Assembly (NCBI GenBank): GCA_964016885.1
Contig: OZ024741.1
Location: 178,622,001 to 178,686,000, forward strand
Direction of reading: 5' to 3'
Origin: Eledone cirrhosa
Lineage: Eukaryota
DNA length: 64,000 nucleotides
Under the pieces are notes generated by a model. The model was not told the origin of the DNA and did not search any database. It saw nothing but the letters and a program-made list of their open reading frames with translations. A program made the position numbers and the translations under genes. The stretch's first letter is position 1. The number at the start of each line of letters is the position of its first letter. Positions 55,043 through 64,000 of this stretch are shown piece by piece.

Positions 55043-58000
55043 CTATAGTCTGATGTAGAGTGAAGGCCCATTCACACGGGCCATTCTCGCCACTTTCACC
55101 CATCTTTCATAGAAACGGCTGGGGTGCAGCACCTCTCTCTCCATCCTGATCCTTCTTCCGAAATGATATCGGAAGAAACGGACCAGTTGTTGGCCAGAGA
55201 GAAAGGTGCCTGACCTCAGTCCTTTCAGACGCGTCCACCATACAACCTCTTTCGCCATGGCTATTACGCACAGAAACACCGCCTCTGCTTCATCTTTGAA
55301 GGGGGGAGGCGGCTTGATCATTACAATAGACTCGGTGGTCAACCGGATCGGTTCCACCCTTGACAGCAGTTGTTCGACATAGCCCCACAGATCGGCTACG
55401 CCCGAGCAGTGTACCAATGCGTGTGCAACGGTTTCCTCGTCGCACACGCATCTGGGACAGATCTTTTTGGCGGGGTCCCTACCCGGGCGCCCGTGTCTGT
55501 AGAGCCTTTCTCGAACGGGTAAAGCCCCTCGGTAGCACTGCCAGGCCAGGGACTTCTGGAAGTTGTCCATAGGTCCCGGGCTGAATGTCCTACCGAACAG
55601 GCTGGCCAGTTCGTCCTCCTCCATGTCTAGGGCTTCTCCGAGGGCGTCGTCGCACCTGCTGCGTACCAGCCCTCTATAGAATGTTGCGGTGGAGTCTCCA
55701 CTGATAACCGGATCCGCCTGCCAGAGGGCGGTGAGCGCCTGGGCACACTCAGTGTGCCAGGCGCCCAGTTTTCTCGGTCTTTGCTTGACCCAGGATTGCA
55801 GCTCGGTGAGTGAGACGAGTCTGGGAAAGGTTCGCCTCACAAACGAGGCCCACACCGGTTGTCCGGTGAGGAATACGTAGAGGTGCCGTAGCCTTAATGC
55901 GTGTTTACGCATCATTAGCCACGGCATCCCCAGCCCTCCTTTCGAAGGGTGTTGACAGCAGATGGATCTCCTCACCATAGGAGCCCGCCTCTTCCAAAGG
56001 AATTGGAAGAGCGCGCGCTCCATCTTGGTGAGGGTTTCCCTTGGGCAGGGCACTACGGTCAGGCGGTAGTAGATGACGGACGCTATGTAGGTGTTCGCCA
56101 CCTCCGCCCGACCTTTCAGGGATAGTTTGCAACTGGCCCACTTCTTGGTCAGTGCAAACACCCTGTTCGTAACCTCCGCCCAGTTTTTCTCCACCTGGAG
56201 GTCCGGTCCGAACCAGACCCCGAGCAACTTCACCGGGCCCTCCGTCCAGCGTCCGACGACGCCATCGGAGGGCATCGGTCTGCCCCTCCACGTGCCGAGT
56301 TGCAAACCGATCGACTTGTCCCGGTTCAGCTTAGCCCCTGTGAACTTTTCGTACTCCTTCAGTAAGGTGCCGACCGCCTCGATTTCGGAGGCCGTCGACA
56401 CCATTACTGTCACGTCATCGGCGTAGGCCGACACCGCTTTCCGCAATCCCGGTTCCAAAGGGATGCCCTGCAACAACTCCAACTTCCGCAGTAGTGGCTC
56501 GAGAGTCAACACATACAGAAGGGAGGAGAGAGGGCACCCCTGTCGGATGGACCGCGCGATTTTGAACGGCTCCGAGAGGTAGCCGTTCACCTTGACCCTA
56601 GAGCAGATGCGGCTGCTGTGCATAGCAGTGATCCAGCCCCTGAAAACGGGTCCGAAGCCTGCCGCCGCTAGCACCGCATCCAGGTAACCATGGTCGACCC
56701 TATCGAACGCCTTAGATTGATCCAAGTTGATCAGAGCCCCACCAAAGCCGGGTTCGTTCCCAACCCTCTCTATGATGTATCGCATGAGGTGGAGGTTGTC
56801 ATGGATGGACCTGGACGGGATAGCGCATGTCTGCGCATCTCCCACCAGGTTGCCCACGACAAGCGCCAACCTCTTTGCTAGCACCTTGGCCAAAATCTGT
56901 AACTCTGTATTTAGCAGAGTTATGGGCCTGAAGTTACTTATTTCGTCCCCCTTGTTCTCGTCCTTCCTCACTAGCGTGACTACGCCCTTGGTCACAGTAC
57001 AGGGAATTCTCCCATTCTGTTGCCAGTTGCAGTAGACCGCCTCGAGGAGATCGGGGAACAAGTCCGGCATAGCTAGATATAATTCGTAAGGAAGACCATC
57101 GAGACCCGGGGATTTGCGTTTGCCGCATTGGCTCAGCACGTCCTCTATCTCAGCGGCCGAAATCGGCTCCTCGCAGGACTTCGCCTCCCTGTCCGAGAGG
57201 CGCGGCAGGCCGTCGAGGTATGGACCGAAGTCCACGTTCCCAACCGGCTCCCCGCCCCTCCCGAACAGTCGGGCAAAGTGCCTTTGAAAGGCCTCACACA
57301 TCTGCTTAGGCTCAAGAATCGCCCGTCCATCCAGGTCTCGCAAAGACCGGATGGTGGATTTAGTTCCACTGTTGGCCTCTGTCACGCGGGCCCAGCTAAC
57401 AGCTTTGGTCCCCTCGTTCCCTAGAGCACGTATTTTACTTCGGACAACGCAGCCTTCGTGCTTCGCGTCGAAAAACTGGCTCAAAGCCGTTCTCGACGCT
57501 AGCGCTCTGGCCACGTCGCCGCTTCTAATTGCCTCTTCTACTCTATCTATTAGCTCCCTTTCCTTCCTATTCCTATCCGCAGCTAGAACCTTACTAAATT
57601 CTATCGAGACTACTCTAATCTCTCTCTTTAGAGATACCCACCACCTGCTGTTGACGATCGCTCCAGTCAACCGTTCCTTAACTAACGTACTAATCCGATT
57701 CCTGTAGGCTCTACTTGCCGGCAAGGACAAGTTGAGCTTCCAGTAACCGGGGCCCTGTCTATGAGTTCTGTCAAGGTTGACCATGCAGGTCACTAATTTG
57801 TGGTCTGAATAGCCAACCATGCGCATTTTTGGACAACTTAAAAAGTCCTTATCCTTAATTCTAACTAAGAACCTATCTAGGTACGACCTAGATGATCCGC
57901 TACGATTTGCCCAAGTCCAGGTTGGCGCAGTCGGAAAATCTAGTCGATATCTATCGGCCAGGTCAAATCGACCGATTAACCCTTTGAGGCTATTACACCC

Positions 58001-58480
58001 CTCTCTATCGGGGCAGGCCCCTACGTAGTCCCAGCGTGCATCTAGGATACCATTCCAGTCCCCCACTAATAGCAAGGAGCGGGACGTCCCCAGAAAAGTC
58101 TCCAGACGATGGAAGAAGTCCGGCCGCATTGACCCGAAAGGGCCGTAGGCGGCTACCAACCTAAACGCTCCGCCTTTACCACTGCCAAGGTCCAGAACCA
58201 CTAGTCGACCCTCCGGGTCCAAATGTACCATCTGTGTTGCGAGACCCAGATGTTTTTGCAGCAGAACGACAACTCCACCCCCACCTCCGGGCTGACAGAG
58301 AGATGCGTGCATCTCAAAGTCATCAAAGGTGGGGGCCAGCTGTCGCACGTTGCTGATCCGGGCCTCGCAAATAACCATCACATCTATACGTTGTGACCTG
58401 AGGTCATTTAGAAGCATTGCTTGCTTCCAAGTTGAGCCCAGGCCACGCGCATTTAAACAGCCTACTCTTAGCATAGCCAT
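55043..58480 (-). CDS. LINE ORF2: APE endonuclease + reverse transcriptase + C-terminal zinc finger
   Basis: Motifs CLNARGL, GDWN, SYLDR, SDH, GPGYWKLN, KSPGLDG, FRPITLLN, KAFDRVDH, RQGCPLS, YADD and CPRC..ETVAHALVHC. No stops; first ATG at 58480. Confidence 0.95.
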   Translation of the reverse strand: MAMLRVGCLNARGLGSTWKQAMLLNDLRSQRIDVMVICEARISNVRQLAPTFDDFEMHASLCQPGGGGGVVVLLQKHLGLATQMVHLDPEGRLVVLDLGSGKGGAFRLVAAYGPFGSMRPDFFHRLETFLGTSRSLLLVGDWNGILDARWDYVGACPDREGCNSLKGLIGRFDLADRYRLDFPTAPTWTWANRSGSSRSYLDRFLVRIKDKDFLSCPKMRMVGYSDHKLVTCMVNLDRTHRQGPGYWKLNLSLPASRAYRNRISTLVKERLTGAIVNSRWWVSLKREIRVVSIEFSKVLAADRNRKERELIDRVEEAIRSGDVARALASRTALSQFFDAKHEGCVVRSKIRALGNEGTKAVSWARVTEANSGTKSTIRSLRDLDGRAILEPKQMCEAFQRHFARLFGRGGEPVGNVDFGPYLDGLPRLSDREAKSCEEPISAAEIEDVLSQCGKRKSPGLDGLPYELYLAMPDLFPDLLEAVYCNWQQNGRIPCTVTKGVVTLVRKDENKGDEISNFRPITLLNTELQILAKVLAKRLALVVGNLVGDAQTCAIPSRSIHDNLHLMRYIIERVGNEPGFGGALINLDQSKAFDRVDHGYLDAVLAAAGFGPVFRGWITAMHSSRICSRVKVNGYLSEPFKIARSIRQGCPLSSLLYVLTLEPLLRKLELLQGIPLEPGLRKAVSAYADDVTVMVSTASEIEAVGTLLKEYEKFTGAKLNRDKSIGLQLGTWRGRPMPSDGVVGRWTEGPVKLLGVWFGPDLQVEKNWAEVTNRVFALTKKWASCKLSLKGRAEVANTYIASVIYYRLTVVPCPRETLTKMERALFQFLWKRRAPMVRRSICCQHPSKGGLGMPWLMMRKHALRLRHLYVFLTGQPVWASFVRRTFPRLVSLTELQSWVKQRPRKLGAWHTECAQALTALWQADPVISGDSTATFYRGLVRSRCDDALGEALDMEEDELASLFGRTFSPGPMDNFQKSLAWQCYRGALPVRERLYRHGRPGRDPAKKICPRCVCDEETVAHALVHCSGVADLWGYVEQLLSRVEPIRLTTESIVMIKPPPPFKDEAEAVFLCVIAMAKEVVWWTRLKGLRSGTFLSGQQLVRFFRYHFGRRIRMEREVLHPSRFYERWVKVARMARVNGPSLYIRL

Positions 58481-58504
58481 GTTGGTGGTGAAGAGAAAAG
58501 GCAC

Positions 58505-60298
58505 TTACCTCTCTGCGTCCCGGGTATCGGGCTGCACAATTTCCATTAGGGTGGGGGATGGGTTGTTGGGTGGGGTGGTGGTTTGTGGAAGTGTGGGGGC
58601 ATCAGTGTGTTGTGTGGTTGGGGAGCTTGGAGTTGTGTGGGTGTTTGGGGAGGGGGTGGGATAGTTTTTTAGGAGGACGCGGTTAATGGGCCCGACGCAG
58701 GGGGGACCCACGTCCTCTTTAAAATTGTTTTTTAAAGTTTTATAGGTGTCCTGTGGGGCCTTAATCATTTTGAGGTGGGGGAAATCCCCTGCCTGGGTGA
58801 AGTTAGGCCCTTGTGTTTTTATTAGATTGTTGTTGTACACAATGTTTAACAGTTTTTTGTTTCTTGTATTTATGTATGTGTATGCATGTTTTTGTTTTTG
58901 TGTGGTGTTTTTTGTTTGCTGTTGTGAGCTCTTTTGTGTTGGTGTCAGTGTTATGTTTTGGGGAGGGGTTTTTTTCATTTGTGTGTCTGAGGTGTGTTTT
59001 CTTTTTTTTCTTTTGATTGTGTGGAAGTGCTCCTCCTCGTCTGACGACGAACTAGGGTCATCTTCCGCGTTGGAGGGGAGGGGTATATTTTCGGGTTGTG
59101 TTTGCGGTACGGGTGTTTTGGAAATTGTTTTTGTTTTTTGAGTGGAGGGGATGGGTTGGACATTGTTTTGTTTTGGTTTGAACTGTGGTGGTTGTTTTTG
59201 TAGTGGTAGTTGTGGTGATTGTGTTGGTTGTGCAGTTGTTGGTGGTGTAGGCAGGATTGGGGTTTTCTTATTAAGTTGGGGACAGACAGCCCTCAGGTGA
59301 CCTCTGGTTCCGCAGAGGTAACACGAGGGCCGTCTACCCTCAACGGTAATGTTGATGAAGGTTAGATCATCCAGTATGACGCGTTCAGGGATCTGGGCGA
59401 TCCTTTCGGGCCTCATTTGAACTACAAGTTCGAGGCTCGTTCCACTGAACGCGTCACCCGATGCCTTTCCCATGGACACCAGCATGTCATCCTCCAGGTC
59501 CAGAAAACCTGTCAAAACCCACCATATGTCCATAATCGGCAGGATGGTGTGGATTTTTATTTTTTGTGTTCTTCTACCCATGTACGTAGGGTAGAAGGTG
59601 TATGCGGTGGATGTGATTGGTTTGATGGACAGTTTCACTGCTGTGTCCCTGTCCTTCATGAGAATGGATAGACTCCCGTAGAGTCTATCCTTCTGAATGA
59701 AGGTGATGTCCTTCATGACGTCTTTTAAAACCAGCTCTATCTCGCTCTGTGATGGTTGAGCTGGTTTTTTACTTTTGTTCGAGATTGTCCTAAACATGAC
59801 CGTGTTTAGGAGTCTCTGGCTTTTTAGTTCCGGGGGGGAATGGATTGTGAATGAACCATTTTCCCCGTACACTATATATTTTTTCGCATCCGCCAGTAGC
59901 TCCTTCGCTTTTGTTATATCTACTGGCAGATAGTCGAGGGTTTTCCTTGTCGTCTCGGCGAAGGAGAAATTTTGTTTGTTTGTGTTGTTGTTGTTGTCGT
60001 TGGTGGTGTTGTTGTTATCATTGTTGTTGTTGTCACCGTTATTGGTCTTGTTGTTGTTGTTATTGTTATTGTTATTGGTGTTGTTTTCGTCCGTCGCATT
60101 GTTGTTGTTGTTGCTGTTGCTGCTGATTCTTTGGGTTGTTGCCATGGCAACGTCAAGTTGTCGGTTAACAGGTGAAGAGAATTCTTCCTCTGGCTGACCT
60201 TTCTTCTTGACCTCTGCTACTGTGACAGTGGCAGGGGGAAGCTGTAAGTTCATCTTCCCCTTTCCTCCTTCGAATTTTGGTGAAGAAGCTTCGGCCAT
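58505..60298 (-). CDS. LINE ORF1 (gag-like, zinc knuckle)
   Basis: 597 aa; CYLCGTRGHLRAVC is a CX2CX4HX4C knuckle; Asn-rich N-terminus and Pro/Gln/Thr-rich C-terminus. Confidence 0.88.
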   Translation of the reverse strand: MAEASSPKFEGGKGKMNLQLPPATVTVAEVKKKGQPEEEFSSPVNRQLDVAMATTQRISSNSNNNNNATDENNTNNNNNNNNNKTNNGDNNNNDNNNTTNDNNNNTNKQNFSFAETTRKTLDYLPVDITKAKELLADAKKYIVYGENGSFTIHSPPELKSQRLLNTVMFRTISNKSKKPAQPSQSEIELVLKDVMKDITFIQKDRLYGSLSILMKDRDTAVKLSIKPITSTAYTFYPTYMGRRTQKIKIHTILPIMDIWWVLTGFLDLEDDMLVSMGKASGDAFSGTSLELVVQMRPERIAQIPERVILDDLTFINITVEGRRPSCYLCGTRGHLRAVCPQLNKKTPILPTPPTTAQPTQSPQLPLQKQPPQFKPKQNNVQPIPSTQKTKTISKTPVPQTQPENIPLPSNAEDDPSSSSDEEEHFHTIKRKKRKHTSDTQMKKTPPQNITLTPTQKSSQQQTKNTTQKQKHAYTYINTRNKKLLNIVYNNNLIKTQGPNFTQAGDFPHLKMIKAPQDTYKTLKNNFKEDVGPPCVGPINRVLLKNYPTPSPNTHTTPSSPTTQHTDAPTLPQTTTPPNNPSPTLMEIVQPDTRDAER

Positions 60299-60514
60299 TT
60301 AAAAAAATATTGACTTTTCAACAAGAAAAAACTTTTTTTTTTTTTGTTTAACTATTTCGCCTAAAGGCGTAGAATATTTTGAGAGACTGACCAGATCAAA
60401 GTTTGACCTGGCAGTCCCTCTACAAAATGGTACAAAAATTAAAGTTATCAGACAAGAATTTCTATAGAAATTTAAACAGAACTTACTCAGCAAGTTATAC
60501 GCGTGTGTCCATCC

Positions 60515-60555
<41 letters not shown>

Positions 60556-60606
60556 TGCAACAATTCTGATAAGATATAATTTCATTCTTCTCTACTTCTT
60601 TAGCAG

Positions 60607-60764
60607 GTATTTTGCGGAAAATGAAAAATGAAATAAAATCTGACTACACGACTTATTTGAAGTGGGTTTTTTTAATTGACGAATATTTTCCATTAACTGG
60701 AATTGAGATATGTATAATAGATCCAAATACAAGGAGGCTTAAGTATGCAAGATTCCGAAAATAT
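60607..60764 (+). CDS. Candidate host coding exon (unknown protein)
   Basis: Polypyrimidine + CAG acceptor, open frame ILRKMKNEIKSDYTTYLKWVFLIDEYFP..YARFRKY, and donor T/GTAAGG. No recognisable homology. Confidence 0.3.
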
Positions 60765-61776
60765 GTAAGGAATATATTTGCAAGAGTCTTAGCCAGTTAA
60801 TAATAGAATAGCATTTGAATAGAAATGGAGTCACATTGAAGAAAGAAAAAAACAATATATAATGTAAAGAAGCAAGAGTGTATTATAGCTTATGTTTCAT
60901 CGTGGAAGTTTCCAAATTCAGCCCTGGTTCTAAAATATTTCTTGTTTAGATCAAGCATTAGTGAACTTTAGTTGTCATAATGACATTCTACGGCCAACAA
61001 CTTGATCAAAAGGCAAATGTAAGTGATATTTGAAAAGATCTCTAATATCAGTTACACTATAGAGTCATCGTACTTGAAACAATAAAATCAATAGAAAGTG
61101 ATGTAACTTTAAAATATATGATGAGCTAATACCTGAAATGACTGAAATAGAGCAAAAAAGATGAGAGACGTTGTGATCAGATCTTAGTTTATAAAATACA
61201 ATTCAAGGTGTTTCTGATTGTATTAAAATATACCAGGATATTATTTTGATATGACATCGGTATTGTTCAGTTAAAGAAACATTATCTTAAATTCTAAGAA
61301 AGGGAAAGAAAAGCCTTTCGAAAATTCTTAGCAGCTATCAAAGAAAAATAGAGATTAAGAATTTATCCCCCATAGTCTACATTTATTTTTCTATATAACG
61401 ATGGGAAAACAATAGATAAGTTTTATTGTGTTAGAACTTCTCAGCATATTATTGTCTAAACATTACTGCTTGATGAGTTGTGAAAGATTGCTATTCTACT
61501 TTTAAAAAGAAAAGAATTACAAATAGATTTTGACCAATGTAATTTGCATAATTATAAATCTAACCCGAAACTAAATCTATATAACATGAATTAGAATATA
61601 TTAATTTAGGCTAATGTGTGGAATTTAGTACGTAAAAATAAACTTAAATTGACTGTCTCTTCTAACTGGTTAAAAAGGCACTGTAAATTGAATTCAAAAT
61701 ATTATATATATATATATATGAGTGTGTGTGTATGTATATGTATATAAAATGATATATTATTAAATATATATATATA

Positions 61777-61856
<80 letters not shown>

Positions 61857-61969
61857 GTAATAAAAATAAATGTGAAGACTAAAATCCAAATAGGGCTCGA
61901 TGAGTTTCAGAAGATCCCGTTAAGCGTGAAAGCAGAGATTCTTTGCTTAAACTTTAATCTGTTATTTTA

Positions 61970-62008
<39 letters not shown>

Positions 62009-62139
62009 TATATGTAGGAGGTGAGTTTTATTGTAGTACAATAAAGCAATGCAGATATCGGATAAGAAGCACTCTACAGTTTGTAGGACTGGAGTATACA
62101 TAATATAAGATCAAAAGATGGTTAAAGGAGTTCCATGTA

Positions 62140-62206
62140 TTTTATTATGCGCATTTCAAAAACAAACATCATCATGCAATAATATTTGTGTTTTCATCAG
62201 ATAAAA
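62140..62206 (-). ncRNA. Minimal type I hammerhead ribozyme
   Basis: ttttat-CTGATGA-aaacacaaata..tgtttgttttt-GAAA-tgcgca-TA-ataaaa; palindromic TGCGCA helix III. Confidence 0.82.
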
Positions 62207-63234
62207 CAGGAGAACATGATATGAAGGCTAAAAAACACTTGTGGATAGTGCAGTTTTAAATCAACATATGAAAAGTGGTTTTAGATTGATGTGTGATATT
62301 GGGAAAAATATTTTATTTAGAGAGGGGGGGTGGAAAGGATGAAAAAGGGGAGGAGATGAGAGGGAGAGATGGGTGATAGAGAGAAAGAGATAGTTTTTAT
62401 AACTGAGAGAAGATATATTGTTTTACATAGAGAGGTTGAAAACCGTTGGAAGATAATGTATAAATTAAAAGAATTTGAAAATTAACGAAGGGGAGATATG
62501 TATGAGGAAAAAATATTTTATTTAGGGAGGGGGGGGTGGAAAGGATGAAAAAAAGGGGGAGGAGATGAGAGTGAAGGTGGAGAGAGAGAGATGGGTGATA
62601 GAGAGAAAGAGATAGTTTTTATAACTGAGAAAAGATATATTGTTTTACATAGAGAGGTTGAGAACCGTTGGAAGATAATGTATAAATTAAAAGAATTTGA
62701 AAATTAACGAAGGGAATTTATGTATGAAGATAGAGAGAAAAAATAATAATTGTGGATGAATATTCTAGCGTCAAAAAAAGTGTATGTTGATAAGTATTGT
62801 GGCAATTTCAAAATTAACGAAGAGAAAAAATTATTAAGGTTTGTGTGTAGAAGGATTTGAGAAAAATAATGTGAAGTTAAAGTTTGTATATTGAAGGAAT
62901 TGATATGTGCGAATAAAGAGTTAATATGTATTAAGAATGAGTTCGTTGATGGGGAGAAAAAAATAATAAATTAAGGATGAAATTGAGATTAAAAAGTTTT
63001 ATGATAGAGAGAAAAAATAATAATAATTGCGGATGAATATTCTAACGTCAAAAAAACAAATGTATATGTTATGAAGGATTTTACAAGGTGAAGATAGAAA
63101 GAGGGTAATGAGTAAACAAGTATTATAGAGTGTATAATGCCCTTTGAAGTAAGGTAGGAAGATGGGTATATTTTAAAGAGGTGTATGTATATGTGCCTTT
63201 GAGAAAAGATTCTAAATTGATAAAGAATTGAATA

Positions 63235-63662
63235 TTAACTGTATACTTTGTGAAAAGTCCTATGGAATTTATGCAGGCAGATAGAAAACAAATCTGTACG
63301 TCTATTGATTATAGAATCTAGGTTAGAGATAATGGTAAATTTTTCATTTAGGCAGAGATTACAGATTTTAGATAGAGAGCTGTTCAAGTATGAGGATGCA
63401 GAAGAAACCTTCTTCCAAAAGATGGTATATTTAATGTTTTTGTCTTTCAAGGACCATATGAGTTCTGAGAGAGCCGTGTTGGTTCTTTTAAGTTTGTATT
63501 TGAAAGATGAATGATGATTGTAGAGACGAGCTTTAAAAGAGGTGGAAGTGGAGCCAAAATAGGTGAAGGAATTGGTGCTAGTTATAACTTTACATTCATA
63601 AATTAAGTTTTTATCGAGACAATGGTTGTTGAGAGGACATTTATTTTTAATGCGGCAGTTGC
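63235..63662 (-). pseudogene. PLE GIY-YIG endonuclease domain (5' truncated, open frame)
   Basis: CNCRIKNKCPLNNHCLDKNLIYECKV..YFGSTSTSFKARLYNHH..CNLCLNEK..INRRTDLFSICLH. Confidence 0.9.
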
Positions 63663-64000
63663 AAACTTAAAAGAACCAACACGGCTCTCTCAGAACTCAT
63701 ATGGTCCTTGAAAGACAAAAACATTAAATATACCATCTTTTGGAAGAAGGTTTCTTCTGCATCCTCATACTTGAACAGCTCACTATCTAAAATCTGTAAT
63801 CTCTGCCTAAATGAAAAATTTACCATTATCTCTAACCTAGATTCTATAATCAATAGACGTACAGATTTGTTTTCTATCTGCCTGCATAAATTCCATAGGA
63901 CTTTTCACAAAGTATACAGTTAATATTCAATTCTTTATCAATTTAGAATCTTTTCTCAAAGGCACATATACATACACCTCTTTAAAATATACCCATCTTC

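Larger units (their letters stand above)
54781..60515 (-). mobile_element. Full-length Tx1/L1-type non-LTR retrotransposon inserted in (GATA)n
   Basis: 5' UTR, ORF1, ORF2 and a 3' UTR ending aaataaaagaaa. (GATA)n tracts lie at 54725-54778 and 60516-60555. Confidence 0.93.
62015..64000 (-). mobile_element. 5'-truncated Naiad-type PLE with inverted arm running off the window
   Basis: GIY-YIG at 63235-63660, 3' UTR with an about 210-bp tandem duplication (62300-62725), HHR at 62140-62206 and (TA)n. 63662-64000 mirrors 63158-63496. Confidence 0.88.

Overview
This is AT-rich, microsatellite-saturated eukaryotic DNA. It is most likely octopus or another cephalopod, inferred from the abundant Meta-domain tRNA-SINE and the (TA)n/(TG)n load. 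Almost all short ORFs in the track are microsatellite artefacts, and no host gene is confidently visible (one weak exon candidate). Retroelements dominate the window: (i) a nearly intact Naiad-type Penelope-like element (PLE; RT plus C-terminal GIY-YIG, one nonsense codon) with about 730-bp pseudo-LTRs; (ii) several 5'-truncated Naiad copies with inverted arms of up to 2.1 kb; (iii) an apparently intact Tx1/L1-type LINE inside a (GATA)n tract; (iv) RTE, mariner, Helitron, MITE and SINE remnants. The main signal the ORF track misses is a dense set of minimal type I hammerhead ribozymes (HHR): about 11 with complete cores and about 9 degraded, from several unrelated families. Most have a family-specific palindromic helix III. 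One has a U3-A8 core covariation, some have very long helix II inserts, and one family has a conserved splice donor just upstream. Many elements also end in snap-back inverted repeats anchored on (TA)n. All structures were folded by eye and need computational or experimental confirmation.
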